64,000 bases of DNA from Gemmatimonadales bacterium (lineage in GTDB: Bacteria; Gemmatimonadota; Gemmatimonadetes; Gemmatimonadales; GWC2-71-9): assembly GCA_044229445.1 (NCBI GenBank), contig JBGASX010000010.1, positions 1,106 to 65,105 of the forward strand, written 5' to 3'. The notes beneath the pieces were generated by a model. It worked only from the letters and a program-made list of their open reading frames with translations. It ran no database searches and had not been told where the DNA came from. A program made the translations under genes and the position numbers. Within the stretch, counting starts at the first letter, position 1; each line of letters starts with the position of its first letter. Shown here piece by piece: positions 10,306 to 20,537 of this stretch.

Positions 10306-12467
10306 CGTGGCGAGCCCGGGGTGAGCGGACTCGCGCCCGCTCCCCACGGATTGTGAATCGGGCAGAAGTCCTTCGGTTCGGTTCCCGGGAGGAACGACTC
10401 CACCGCGAGCGAATCCTTGGGGCAGAAGGGCGTGAATTTCTTGCCCGTCTGTCGATCCACGTCCACGACAGTCAGGCCGTCCGGGCGGGGCCACGCCCCC
10501 GGGGCCGGCCGCCGCTCGTAGACCTCTTTCATCATCATGGTCCACGCCGGCGCCGCGAGCCGGCCGCCCTGGGCGTTGTCCATGATCTTCTGCGGGGCAT
10601 CCATCCCGATCCACACGCCGGCGACGAGGTCCGGCGTGAAGCCGATGAACCAGACGTCCGCGCCATCGTTGGTCGTGCCGGTCTTGCCTCCGGCCGGGAT
10701 CGGGCCGAGCTGGGCGCCGACGGCACTGGCCGCGGTCCCGCGGCGGACCACATCGCGCAGACCGTCGAGCATGAGCCAGGCAAGCGTCGAGTCCATCACC
10801 TGCTCGGTCCGGGGTTTCGGCGCCCAGAGGACATTCCCCTTCCGGTCCTCGACCCGGTCGATCGAGTAGGGCGTCGTGCGGGTGCCCATCGTGGCAAAGG
10901 CGCTGAAGGCCGAGATCATTTCCAGCGGGATGACCTCGGAGGAGCCGATGTAGCTCGCCGGATAGGGCTGCACCTTGGTGCTGATGCCGAAGCGTGCCGC
11001 CTCGCCGATCACCGCCTGGGGACCGATCTCCATGCCGATCTTGATCGCCGGGATGTTGCGGCTCTCGTAGAACGCCTCCTTGAGCGACATCGGTCCGGCG
11101 AAGCGGTTGTCGTAGTTGGCCGGCTCCCAGGGTGGTTCCCCCGGAAGCTGCTCGACGCTGAGCGGCGAGTCCTCCACGATCTCCGACCAGGGGTGCCCGG
11201 CGCGGAGGGCGGCCGTGTAGACGATCGGCTTGAAGGTCGAGCCGGGCTGGCGCGTCGCCTGGATGGCGCGATTGAACTTGCTGTCGTTGAAGTCGCGGCC
11301 GCCGACCATCGCCAGGATCTTGCCGGTCCGCGCCTCGAGGACCACCATCAGCCCCTGCAGATACGGTGACTGCGCCTGGGAGACGGCGTCGTCGCCCCGC
11401 TTCTCGAGATAGTCGGTGTACGTGGCCCGGGGATACTTGCCGTAGCGGGCCTTGTCGCGCTCGATCTCATCGAGCTGCTTGGCCAGCGCCCGCTCGGCCG
11501 CCTGCTGGACGTCGAGATCGACGGTGGTGTAGATCCGGAGGCCGCCCTTGTAGAGCTCCGAGCCGAAGCGGGTGCGGAGCTGCTGCCTGACGTACTCGGT
11601 GAAGTAGGGCGCGACCTCGCTGAAGTCGGAGCGGGTCGACAGCAGCAGCGGGTAGGCCTTCCACCGCTCCGCGTCGTCCTCGGTCAACACCCCCTCGTCG
11701 GCCATCAGGTCGAGGATGAGGTTGCGCCGCTCGACGGAGAGATCGGGGTTGCGGCGCGGATTGTAGCGGGTCGGCGAACGGGGAATGCCGGCCAGGGTCG
11801 CCGCTTCGGCGACGTTGAGGTCGCGTGCCGACTTGCCGAAGTAGCGCTGGGCGGCCGCCTCGATCCCGTTGGCCCCGTTGCCGAGGTTGATCTGGTTGAG
11901 ATAGAGCTCGAGGATCCGGTCCTTGGAGAAGTTGCGCTCGAGCTCGAAGGCGACGTGCATCTCGCGCAGCTTGCGCTTCACCGAGCGGTCCTGCCGGTTG
12001 ATGTCTTCCGGAAAGAGGTTGCCCGCGAGCTGCATGGTGATGGTCGAGAATCCCTGCACCCGGCCGCGCCGGGTCAGGGCATAGACCAGGGTCCGCCGGA
12101 CGGCGCCGAAGGCGCGAATCCAGTCCACCCCGCCATGCTCGTAGAAGCGCTTGTCCTCGACCGAGATGAAGGCGGCGATCGCGGCGGGGGAGATCTGGGT
12201 GATCGGAATGACGGTCCGCCGCTCCTCACCGAGATCGGTAATGAGCCGGCCGTCGGCCGCGTAGACCTTGGAGGCCTGCGCCGGGTCCCAGGTACCCGTC
12301 ACCTTGGCGATCGAGGGGCAGGCGTTGTTGGCGCAGGCGCGCGTCCACGCACCGATCAGCACCCCGGTACCGAGCATGCCCACCGCAAGCACGGTGGTGA
12401 TGAAGGCACTGCGGATGCGGGGCGTGTACCACCAGCGGAGCAGCGTATTGATGGGACCCGGAGGCAT
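10302..12467 (-). CDS. mrcA: Class A penicillin-binding protein (PBP1A family)
   Basis: [17 protein letters not shown] and RKLRE transglycosylase motifs; GSTFKP (SxxK), SRN, GKTGT. Confidence 0.92.
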   Translation of the reverse strand: MPPGPINTLLRWWYTPRIRSAFITTVLAVGMLGTGVLIGAWTRACANNACPSIAKVTGTWDPAQASKVYAADGRLITDLGEERRTVIPITQISPAAIAAFISVEDKRFYEHGGVDWIRAFGAVRRTLVYALTRRGRVQGFSTITMQLAGNLFPEDINRQDRSVKRKLREMHVAFELERNFSKDRILELYLNQINLGNGANGIEAAAQRYFGKSARDLNVAEAATLAGIPRSPTRYNPRRNPDLSVERRNLILDLMADEGVLTEDDAERWKAYPLLLSTRSDFSEVAPYFTEYVRQQLRTRFGSELYKGGLRIYTTVDLDVQQAAERALAKQLDEIERDKARYGKYPRATYTDYLEKRGDDAVSQAQSPYLQGLMVVLEARTGKILAMVGGRDFNDSKFNRAIQATRQPGSTFKPIVYTAALRAGHPWSEIVEDSPLSVEQLPGEPPWEPANYDNRFAGPMSLKEAFYESRNIPAIKIGMEIGPQAVIGEAARFGISTKVQPYPASYIGSSEVIPLEMISAFSAFATMGTRTTPYSIDRVEDRKGNVLWAPKPRTEQVMDSTLAWLMLDGLRDVVRRGTAASAVGAQLGPIPAGGKTGTTNDGADVWFIGFTPDLVAGVWIGMDAPQKIMDNAQGGRLAAPAWTMMMKEVYERRPAPGAWPRPDGLTVVDVDRQTGKKFTPFCPKDSLAVESFLPGTEPKDFCPIHNPWGAGASPLTPGSPR

Positions 12468-12616
12468 GGGGAAGGAATCTAGGCGGGCGCCGGGGTGCCG
12501 GGTATGGCCTGGCTCACATCGCGCTCACCGGTTGGCCGCGGCGGACGGCGTTCCAGGCAGGGGAGGCGCCCCGCCCTGCTTGCCCGGCGAGCACGGCGTC
12601 CCTTAGGTTCGGCGCC

Positions 12617-13882
12617 ATGAGCAACCTCCTCGACGCCCTCATCGCCCGCGGCTTCGTCCACGACGTCACCCCCGGCCTGGCGGAGCGGCTCTCGGCCGGC
12701 CCGGTGACGGGGTACGTCGGCTTCGATCCCACGGCGGACTCGCTCCACGTCGGCAACCTGGTGCCGGTGATGGGGCTCGCGTGGCTGCAGCGCTTCGGCG
12801 GGACCCCGATCATCGTGGTGGGAAGCGGGACCGGGATGGTGGGCGACCCCAGCGGGAAGCGGTCGGAGCGGCCGATGCTGACCGTCGAGGAGATCGACCA
12901 CAACACCGCCCGGATCCGGCGCCAGCTGGAGCAGTTCGTGACGTTCGAGGGGGCCAACGCCGCCCGGGTGCGCGACAATGGCGACTGGCTCCGCAATCTC
13001 CGCCTGATGGAGTTCCTGCGCGATACCGGCAAGCACTTCACCCTGAACTACATGCTGCAGAAGGACTCGGTGAAGAGCCGGATGGAGACCGGCATCTCGT
13101 ACACCGAGCTGAGCTACATGCTGGTGCAGGCCTACGACTTCTGGCACCTGTGGAAGACGGAGCGGTGCGAACTGCAGATGGGCGGGAGCGACCAGTGGGG
13201 CAACATCACTGCCGGCACCGAACTGATCGGCCGGCGGGAGGGGGCGCAGGCGCACGGCCTGGTGTTCCCGCTGCTCACCAACGCGGCGGGGGGCAAGTTC
13301 GGCAAGAGCGAGTCGGGCAACGTCTGGCTCGATCCCGCGAAGACGTCGCCGTACCAGTTCTACCAGTTCTGGCTTAACTCCGACGACCGGGATGTCGAAC
13401 GGCTGCTCCGTTTCTTCACCTTCCTCCCGCTCCCCGAGATCGAGGCGGTGATGGCGGCGCAGTCGGCCGATCCCGGCAAGCGTGCGGCGCAGCGGATGCT
13501 GGCCGAGGATGTCACCACCCGAGTCCACGGCGCAGCGACCACCGCCGGCGTGATCCAGGCGAGCCGCCTGCTCTTCGGCGGCCTGAAGCTGGACGAGGTG
13601 GATGCGGGGACCTTCGCGGTGCTGGCGGGAGAGATCCCGACCACCCGCATTGCGCGCGGGGCGTTCGAGGGGGTCTCCGCGGTCGATGCGCTGGTGCAGG
13701 CCGGGCTCGCCGCTTCCAAGGGGGAAGCGCGCCGCGGCATTCAGCAGAATGGCTTCTCGATCAACGGCGCCCCGGTCGGCGAGGCGGACCGCCAGCTAGG
13801 CACCGGCGACCTCCGCGCCGGCTCGTACGTGCTGCTCCAGAAGGGGAAGCGCAACTACGCGCTGATCGTCGCCGAGGCCTGA
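12617..13882 (+). CDS. tyrS: Tyrosine--tRNA ligase
   Basis: [30 protein letters not shown]-terminal S4 domain. Confidence 0.97.
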   Translation: MSNLLDALIARGFVHDVTPGLAERLSAGPVTGYVGFDPTADSLHVGNLVPVMGLAWLQRFGGTPIIVVGSGTGMVGDPSGKRSERPMLTVEEIDHNTARIRRQLEQFVTFEGANAARVRDNGDWLRNLRLMEFLRDTGKHFTLNYMLQKDSVKSRMETGISYTELSYMLVQAYDFWHLWKTERCELQMGGSDQWGNITAGTELIGRREGAQAHGLVFPLLTNAAGGKFGKSESGNVWLDPAKTSPYQFYQFWLNSDDRDVERLLRFFTFLPLPEIEAVMAAQSADPGKRAAQRMLAEDVTTRVHGAATTAGVIQASRLLFGGLKLDEVDAGTFAVLAGEIPTTRIARGAFEGVSAVDALVQAGLAASKGEARRGIQQNGFSINGAPVGEADRQLGTGDLRAGSYVLLQKGKRNYALIVAEA

Positions 13883-14041
13883 CGGTCCGGCTGTCACGCC
13901 GGTCACACGCTGCCCCATCGCCAGGATCGGTCCGGCCTGCGCCACTGGCGCTCCCTCCCTCCCGCCTCAATATTCGCGCTGCCCCGGCCCGTGGTCCGGC
14001 CGGGGCGCCTCCCCATTCACCCCCTGCGAGTGGAGCTGCGC

Positions 14042-14329
14042 ATGCAAGGCGAATTCATGAAGTTCCTGAAAGAGTACGGCGTGATCGGCCTGGCCATCGG
14101 CGTGATCATCGGCAGCAAGGCGGGCGAGCTGGTGAAGGCGATCGTGGACGGCCTGCTCATGCCTGTCGTCGGCCTGGTGCTGCCGAGCGGCGACTGGCAG
14201 AAGCTGGTGATCGGCCCCTTTCAGGTCGGCGTCGTGCTCGCCTCGCTCATCAACTTCGTGATCGTCGCCTTCCTGGTCTTCCTCTTCGCCAAGAAGGTGC
14301 TGCGCGAGGAGCAGGTCACCAAGAAGTAG
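14042..14329 (+). CDS. mscL: Large-conductance mechanosensitive channel (short form)
   Basis: EFMKFLKEYGVIGLAIGVIIG..LVKAIVDGLLMP..INFVIVAFLVF. Confidence 0.88.
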   Translation: MQGEFMKFLKEYGVIGLAIGVIIGSKAGELVKAIVDGLLMPVVGLVLPSGDWQKLVIGPFQVGVVLASLINFVIVAFLVFLFAKKVLREEQVTKK

Positions 14330-14341
14330 TCGGGGCGCGAT

Positions 14342-15907
14342 CTACCATCTCGTCCTGCTGGTCCCCCGCGGCGCCTTGCCGGTGAGCATCCCGAAGACGC
14401 CGCGGATCAGTTCCCTCCCGACCGTGCGCGCCATCGTGGTGCCGAGTGCGGCCACGACGGCCGTCCCGATCTTCGCCCCCGCCGACATGCCACCTCGCCC
14501 GCCACCGCCTGACGGAGCGGCTGGCGCCGGCGCAGTACCGGCCGTCGCCGCCGGGGTGCCCGTGTTGAGGCGCGCCGCGAGCATCTCCCGCGCACTCTCG
14601 CGGTCCACCGACTTTCCGTACTCGGCGAGCAGGTCGGAGTGGGCGATGTCCGCCTGCAGTTCGTCAGGCGTGAGCGGCGCCATCCGGGACGACGGCGGAA
14701 TCAGCCGGGTCGCGATGACCGGGGTGGGCACGCCGCGCGGATCGAGCACCGTCACGATCGCCTCGCCGATGCCGAGCGAGGTGAGCGTCTCCGCGAGGTC
14801 GTAGTAGGTCGTCTTCGGGAAGGTGCGGACGGTGGCGTTGAGCGCTGCTTCGTCGTCCGGCGTATGGGCCCGGAGCGCATGCTGCACCCGGTTGGAGAGC
14901 TGGGCCAGGATGTCGGTCGGGACATCCTTCGGCGTCTGGGTGACGAAGTAGACGCCAACTCCCTTCGAGCGGATCAGCCGCACCACCTGCTCGACCTGCT
15001 GCAGAAACGCCTTGGAGGCGTCGTTGAAGAGCAGATGCGCCTCGTCGAAGAAGAACACCAGCTTCGGCTTGTCGAGGTCGCCGGCTTCGGGCAGGTTGTG
15101 ATACAGCTCGGCCAGCATCCACATCATGAACGTGGAGAAGAGCATCGGCTTGTCCTGCACGTCGGAGAGCTCGAGGCAGGTAACGACGCCGCGGCCCTCC
15201 TTGGTGGTGACGAGCAGGTCGCGCACGTCGAACTCGGGCTCGCCGAAGAAGGCCTGGGCGCCCTGCATCTCGAGCTCCACCATCTTCCGCAGCAGGACGC
15301 CGACCGTCGCGGCGGACATCCCGCCGAGACCGGACAGCGCCTCCTTGCCCTGGTCGCCCGAGAGATACTGCAGCACCGCGCGGAGATCGCTGAAGTCGAG
15401 CAGCGGCAGCCGGGCATCGTCGCAGTACTTGAAGACCATCGTGAGCACGCTGGTCTGGGTGTCGTTGAGCCCGAGCACCTTGGCGAGGAGCAGCGGCCCG
15501 AAGCTCGCCACGGTCGCGCGGAGCTGCACGCCGAGCTTGCCGGTGAGGCTGACGAACTCGACGGGTGCGCCCGCGGGCGTCCAGGTCCAGCCCACATCGG
15601 TCGCGCGCTGCGTGACGCGGTCGCTCTTCTCGCCAGGCATCGCGAGGCCGGAGAGGTCGCCCTTGATGTCGGCGACGAAGACCGGAACACCGGCCGCGGA
15701 GAGCTGCTCGGTGAGGAGCTGCAGCGTCTTGGTCTTGCCGGTGCCGGTCGCGCCGGCGACCAGGCCGTGGCGATTCATCATGGCGAGCGGGAGACGGATC
15801 TTCGGTTCGGCGATCACGGCCTGGCCGTCGAGCGCGGCGCCCAGGGTGAGGGAGGCGCCGGAGAAGCCGTAGCCGGCCTTGAGTGCGTCAGCGAAGGATG
15901 CGGGCAT
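14342..15907 (-). CDS. DUF853/YjgR HerA-like ATPase
   Basis: NRHGLVAGATGTGKTKTLQ, FFFDEAHLLF, VRLIRSKGVGVYFVTQ; start at MPASFAD. Confidence 0.92.
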   Translation of the reverse strand: MPASFADALKAGYGFSGASLTLGAALDGQAVIAEPKIRLPLAMMNRHGLVAGATGTGKTKTLQLLTEQLSAAGVPVFVADIKGDLSGLAMPGEKSDRVTQRATDVGWTWTPAGAPVEFVSLTGKLGVQLRATVASFGPLLLAKVLGLNDTQTSVLTMVFKYCDDARLPLLDFSDLRAVLQYLSGDQGKEALSGLGGMSAATVGVLLRKMVELEMQGAQAFFGEPEFDVRDLLVTTKEGRGVVTCLELSDVQDKPMLFSTFMMWMLAELYHNLPEAGDLDKPKLVFFFDEAHLLFNDASKAFLQQVEQVVRLIRSKGVGVYFVTQTPKDVPTDILAQLSNRVQHALRAHTPDDEAALNATVRTFPKTTYYDLAETLTSLGIGEAIVTVLDPRGVPTPVIATRLIPPSSRMAPLTPDELQADIAHSDLLAEYGKSVDRESAREMLAARLNTGTPAATAGTAPAPAAPSGGGGRGGMSAGAKIGTAVVAALGTTMARTVGRELIRGVFGMLTGKAPRGTSRTRW

Positions 15908-15927
15908 GGGAGGCGGGGGAGTCGGGG

Positions 15928-17109
15928 TCAGAGGAGCCGGTCGAGGACGGCGGTCACGCGGGCCATCTCGTCCACGGTGTTGTAGCAGTGGGGACTCAGG
16001 CGCAGCGCCCCTTCGCGCTGGCTGCAGTAGATCCGCGCCTCGCGGAGCGCGCGGTACGACTCCTCGAGGCGCGGCGGGGCCAGACAGACGAAACCCGATT
16101 CCCGCGCTCCATGCGGGGACGCCACCCGCACGCCGCGCCGCGCCGCCCACTCGAGGAGCGGCTGGTGCAGGCTGCGGATGTGCCGCCGGATCGCCGGAAT
16201 GCCGAGTTCCTGGAGCAGCCTGACCGACTGCAGCATCCCCACGAAGTCCTGGAAGGGGAGCGTGATCAGCTCGAAGCGCCGGGCATCGGCGCGGAGCGCC
16301 TCGCGATAGTCGGTGAGCCGGGTGAAGTCGTCGGTCCCCTCGAACGCCATCCACCCCGTCACCGTGGGGTCGAGGTGCGCGATCAGCTCGCGACGCACGT
16401 AGAGAAAGCCGCTCCCCCAGGGGGAGAGGAGCCATTTCTGGCCGCCGCTGGAGAGGATGTCGACCTGAATGTCCCGCACGTCCAGCGGGATGTGGCCGAG
16501 GGCCTGGATCGCATCGACCACGAGGTACTGGCCGCGAGCGCGGGTCTCGGCCGAGAAGCGGGCGAGATCGACGGTGTACCCGTTGGCGAACTGGGTGAGC
16601 GAGACCGAGAGACAGCGCACCCGCGGATCGGCCAGGCGGGCGAGGAGCTGGGCCTCGTCGGGCCAGCCTTCCGGCGTGACCGGCACCAGTTCGAGCGTGA
16701 CGCCCAGGTCGCCCAGCCGCTTCCAGGGATAGACGTTGGCGGGAAACTCCCGCTGACTCACCAGCACGACGTCACCCCGTTTCCAGGGGATGGCCCGCGC
16801 CGCCACCGAGAGGCCGAAGGTGGTGTTGGTCGTCAGCGCGATCTCGTCCGCTTCCGCATTGATGAGCTGCGCAAAGGCGGCCCGGGAGGCGGCGAAGGCA
16901 CCGAAAAGGTCGTCGTGGGTAAGTTCGAAGGGCCGGGCCCGCCGGAGGTTCATCCGGTCGGCCGCGTGGCGGGTCCGCTCGGGCAGCGGGCCGATCGAGG
17001 CATGGTCGAGGTAGATGGTGCCATCGGCCCAGGGGAACTCGGCCTCGCGCAGGGCGCGGACGTCGTACGAAGCGGGGGCGGGCTCGGCGGTGGAACGCAT
17101 CTCGGCCAT
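15928..17109 (-). CDS. Class V PLP-dependent aminotransferase (cysteine desulfurase/selenocysteine lyase-like)
   Basis: YLDHASIGP, EFPANVYPW, VVDAIQALG, SGGQKWLLSP, LRLSPHCYN. Confidence 0.88.
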   Translation of the reverse strand: MAEMRSTAEPAPASYDVRALREAEFPWADGTIYLDHASIGPLPERTRHAADRMNLRRARPFELTHDDLFGAFAASRAAFAQLINAEADEIALTTNTTFGLSVAARAIPWKRGDVVLVSQREFPANVYPWKRLGDLGVTLELVPVTPEGWPDEAQLLARLADPRVRCLSVSLTQFANGYTVDLARFSAETRARGQYLVVDAIQALGHIPLDVRDIQVDILSSGGQKWLLSPWGSGFLYVRRELIAHLDPTVTGWMAFEGTDDFTRLTDYREALRADARRFELITLPFQDFVGMLQSVRLLQELGIPAIRRHIRSLHQPLLEWAARRGVRVASPHGARESGFVCLAPPRLEESYRALREARIYCSQREGALRLSPHCYNTVDEMARVTAVLDRLL

Positions 17110-17201
17110 GGTGCGGTCTTTCGTCGGTGATCGCGGGGCGCGGTTCCCCGCTGCGTGCAGCGGGCGTACGTTACTGGCACAGTGACCATGCAAGCAAGGC
17201 G

Positions 17202-18278
17202 ATGACTTTCCAGACTCCATTTTCCCTGGTGCTGAGCGGCGGCGGGCTCAAGGGGCTCGCGCACATCGGCGTGCTCCGGGCCCTCGAGGAACGCGGGCTC
17301 ACCCCGGGCCTGGTCGTCGGCAGCAGCATGGGCTCGCTGGTCGCTGCGGGCTGGGCGGCCGGCATGCCGCTCGCCGAGATGACCGAGCGAGCGCTCGGCG
17401 TGCGGCGGAAGGATGTCTTCCAGGTCGCGCACGTCGACATGGCCTTCAAGCGGATGCGGGCCCCGGCGATCTACCGGCGGGAGCCGCTCGACGAACTCAT
17501 CCACTCCCTCGTCGGCGACCGCACCTTCGACGAGCTGGTCCGGCCGCTGGTCATCAACACGGTGGAGCTCAACACCGGCATGCAGGTGCTGTGGGGCCTG
17601 CCGGGACTGCGGAACGTGCGGGTCGCCGATGCGGTCTTCGCCTCCTGCGCGCTGCCGGGCATCTTCCCGCCGCGGGAGATCGACGGCCGATGGTTCGTCG
17701 ATGGCGCGGTGGTCGAGAATGTCCCGGTCCAGGTCGCGGCCTCGCATGGCGCCGGACCGGTGATGGCGGTGGACGTCGGGGCGACGAGTGCGCTCCGCAG
17801 CAACGTCCAGGACGAAGGCTTCGCCGCCACCTATGTGCGCGGCCTCGAGATCGTGATGCAGACGATGATGGAGAGCCGGCTCCGCCAGTGGACCGCACCG
17901 CCGCTGGTCCTGGTGCATCCGCGGGTCGAGCACGTCTCGATGTTCGGCTTCGGGCACAATCGGGAACTGATCGAGGAAGGCTACCGCGCCACGCTCGACC
18001 TGCTGGACCTGCTCGGCGAGCGCTTCGATCCGCAGGGGCATGGCATCCACCCCCAGCGCCGGGTGGAGATCCGGGTCGATCGCGAGCGCTGCTCGGGGTG
18101 CGGCGCCTGCGTGATGCATGCGCCGTGGGTCTTCGAGATGGACGACGAAGGGCGGGCCCGGGTCCGGCAGCCGCAGCAGTCGTGGTCCCCGCTCGACGGC
18201 TTCTACGTCCGCAACTGCCCCACGTACGCGATCAGCGCCCGCCTCGCACAGGGCCAACCGGTGGCTGCCCCGCGATAA
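17202..18278 (+). CDS. Patatin-like phospholipase fused to a C-terminal single-cluster ferredoxin domain
   Basis: GGGLKG, GSSMG nucleophile, FVDGA; C-terminus VDRERCSGCGAC..VFEMDDEGRA..NCPTYAI. Confidence 0.88.
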   Translation: MTFQTPFSLVLSGGGLKGLAHIGVLRALEERGLTPGLVVGSSMGSLVAAGWAAGMPLAEMTERALGVRRKDVFQVAHVDMAFKRMRAPAIYRREPLDELIHSLVGDRTFDELVRPLVINTVELNTGMQVLWGLPGLRNVRVADAVFASCALPGIFPPREIDGRWFVDGAVVENVPVQVAASHGAGPVMAVDVGATSALRSNVQDEGFAATYVRGLEIVMQTMMESRLRQWTAPPLVLVHPRVEHVSMFGFGHNRELIEEGYRATLDLLDLLGERFDPQGHGIHPQRRVEIRVDRERCSGCGACVMHAPWVFEMDDEGRARVRQPQQSWSPLDGFYVRNCPTYAISARLAQGQPVAAPR

Positions 18279-19455
18279 ACGCCGCAGCCGACGCGTCGAG
18301 ATCCCCGAGCACCCGCTCCCACGCGAACTCCCGTTCCGCCCGCTCCCGCCCCGCCGCGCCCATGGCGAGGGCACGGACTCGGTCGTCCAGTAGCAGCCGG
18401 GCGGCGGCGATGACGGCCGGCACCTCTGTCGGGGGCACCAGCAGCCCGGTGCGGCCGTCGGCAACGGCGTCCGCGGTCCCACCACTCCGCCCCGCCACCA
18501 CCGGGAGCCCCGACGCTTGCGCCTCGAGGAGGGCCAGGCCGAATCCCTCGGCCTGGGGACCCTCCTCGCGGGAGAGGCCGAGGTAGAGATCCGCCGCCGC
18601 GTAGCATCCGGGCAGCGCTTCGTCAGGCAGTCCACCAAGCCAGCGCACCCGATCGGCGATGCCGAGTGAGGCAGCCCTGCCCTCGAGCGCCTGCCGGTCG
18701 GGCCCCTCGCCGACTACCGCATACCCAAGATCGTGGCCCGCGCGGGTGAGTGCCGCCACTACCTCGAGTGCCACGTCGATGCCCTTGTGGGGCACCAACC
18801 TGGCGACGGTCAGCGCCCATCGGTCGCGACCGCCGAGGCCGAGCCGCTCCCGGAGGGCGAGGCGCGCGGGATCGGGACGGAAGCGGGAGGTATCGACACC
18901 TAGCGGCACGACGCGGACCCGCCCGGCCGCGTCGGGGAGGTCCAGTTCCAGGGCGAGTTCCCGGAAGCGTTCGGCGGTCCAGCCGCTGATGGCGACGGTG
19001 CCGGCGGCCGACCCGATGATCCCCCGGGCGACGCGGCGCTTCATCGGTGAACGCTGCGCCTGGAGCCGGATCCGGTTGAGGTCGAGTCCGTAGACGAGCA
19101 GCCCGTAGGGAAGCCGGTCGCGCGCCGCGAGCCAGCGGGCGATGTGCCCAGCCGGCTTGAGATTGCCGGCCCAGACGAAGCGGACCGTGTTGTGCCGTGC
19201 GAGCGCTCGCGCGCGCATCGCCCACCGCGCCAGTCCGGTGATGTGACGCAGGCGCTCGCTCGGCACGTCGAGGCGGTCGATCTTCGAGGACACCGAGGCG
19301 TCAAACCGTTCGCTCCCGGACTCCTGTCCCGTCGAGACGATCAGCCTGCCGGGGGCCGCATGCCGCGCGAGCTCGCCCATGGCGCGGGCGATGCCGCCGC
19401 CGATCGGGGGGAAGTCGTGCACCAGCAGCAGCGCGGGGGAGACGTCGCTCAGCAT
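18232..19455 (-). CDS. GT4 glycosyltransferase (PimB-like)
   Basis: DFPPIGGGI, VARLVPHKG, EGFGLALLEAQASG. Confidence 0.9.
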   Translation of the reverse strand: MLSDVSPALLLVHDFPPIGGGIARAMGELARHAAPGRLIVSTGQESGSERFDASVSSKIDRLDVPSERLRHITGLARWAMRARALARHNTVRFVWAGNLKPAGHIARWLAARDRLPYGLLVYGLDLNRIRLQAQRSPMKRRVARGIIGSAAGTVAISGWTAERFRELALELDLPDAAGRVRVVPLGVDTSRFRPDPARLALRERLGLGGRDRWALTVARLVPHKGIDVALEVVAALTRAGHDLGYAVVGEGPDRQALEGRAASLGIADRVRWLGGLPDEALPGCYAAADLYLGLSREEGPQAEGFGLALLEAQASGLPVVAGRSGGTADAVADGRTGLLVPPTEVPAVIAAARLLLDDRVRALAMGAAGRERAEREFAWERVLGDLDASAAAFIAGQPPVGPVRGGR

Positions 19456-20537
19456 CCGAGGACCTCACCGTAGAGCGCGAGGGTCCGGTCGATGGTTCGA
19501 TCGAAGGGGAAGTCCTCTCGTGCCCGGCGCACGGCCGCCGCACCGAGGCGGGCGGCAAGCGCGGGGTCGGTCAGCACCTGGTCGATGGCCGAGGCCCAGG
19601 CCGCGGGTTCGTCCGGGGCGACGAGAAGGCCGTTCAGGCCATCCTGGAGGATCACGGCGTTGCCTGTTGCTGCGGAGGCGATGACCGGCTTGCCGAGTGC
19701 CATCGCCTCGAGCACCGCCTGGGGAAAGGCGTCATAGCGCGACGGGTGCAGCGCGACCTCGAGGAGATCGTAGAGGGGCCGTATGGCGGAAATGAACGGC
19801 AGGCGGATCACCGCATGACGCGGCGGGATGGATCCGAGGGGCGCTGAAAGCGCTTCGCCGTCGAGGCCCGCGAGCACGAGACGGACAGGTGTCTGCACCG
19901 CGGCGAGCGCGGCGAGCACCACGCGCTGATCCTTGGGCCGCGCCACGATGCCCACCGTGCGGCGCGACGGCTCCCACTCGATACGGGCACGCCACTCCTC
20001 GAGCTCTGCGTCGGTCACCGCGCGGTCGATCCGGTCGGTCATCAGGCCGCCATGAATCACCCGCAGCTTTGCCCGCGGGATCCCGCGGCGCGCGAGCAGA
20101 TCGGCCACCGGCTCGCTGAAGGCGATGATCCGCTCCGCAGCCCGCCCGGCGAGCAGGTTCTCGAGGACCGCGGTGCGCGGGTAGGAGTGGCGCGTGATGA
20201 CCAGCGGCACCCGTAGCCGGCGGGTGAGACGGAGCCAGGTGAGCGCCTCCCGATCGCGGGAGCCGTGCGCGTTGACGAGATCGAAGGGGTGTTCCGCCAG
20301 CAGACCGGCAAACGCGCGGGCATTGCCGAGCCGTCCGCCTCGGGCGAGCGGCATGGGATGCACCTCGAGGCCGCTCTCCAGGGCATCGCGCTCGATCTCC
20401 GAGCCGGGCGGACAGACGAGCCCGACCTCGTGTCCGCGCGACGCGATGCCCCGGGCGATCCGGAGCACCGACATCACCGACCCGGAGCCGCCGCCTTGAT
20501 GCAGCGTCTGCAGTACCCGAAGTTTCCGCTCACCCAT
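19449..20537 (-). CDS. GT4 glycosyltransferase
   Basis: Start MGERKLRVLQTLHQGGGSG; PSRYDAFPQAVLEAMALGKPVIAS. Confidence 0.88.
   Translation of the reverse strand: MGERKLRVLQTLHQGGGSGSVMSVLRIARGIASRGHEVGLVCPPGSEIERDALESGLEVHPMPLARGGRLGNARAFAGLLAEHPFDLVNAHGSRDREALTWLRLTRRLRVPLVITRHSYPRTAVLENLLAGRAAERIIAFSEPVADLLARRGIPRAKLRVIHGGLMTDRIDRAVTDAELEEWRARIEWEPSRRTVGIVARPKDQRVVLAALAAVQTPVRLVLAGLDGEALSAPLGSIPPRHAVIRLPFISAIRPLYDLLEVALHPSRYDAFPQAVLEAMALGKPVIASAATGNAVILQDGLNGLLVAPDEPAAWASAIDQVLTDPALAARLGAAAVRRAREDFPFDRTIDRTLALYGEVLGC

Noticed and set aside
14342-15907. HerA-based antiphage system
   Set aside because: It is a housekeeping DUF853/YjgR type with no adjacent SIR2, NurA or nuclease partner.
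14342-16435. Extended N-termini given by the ORF track (also 9046-10614, 19449-20870, 36184-37080, 53885-56350)
   Set aside because: The extensions overlap neighbouring real genes, so starts were reassigned to where family similarity begins.
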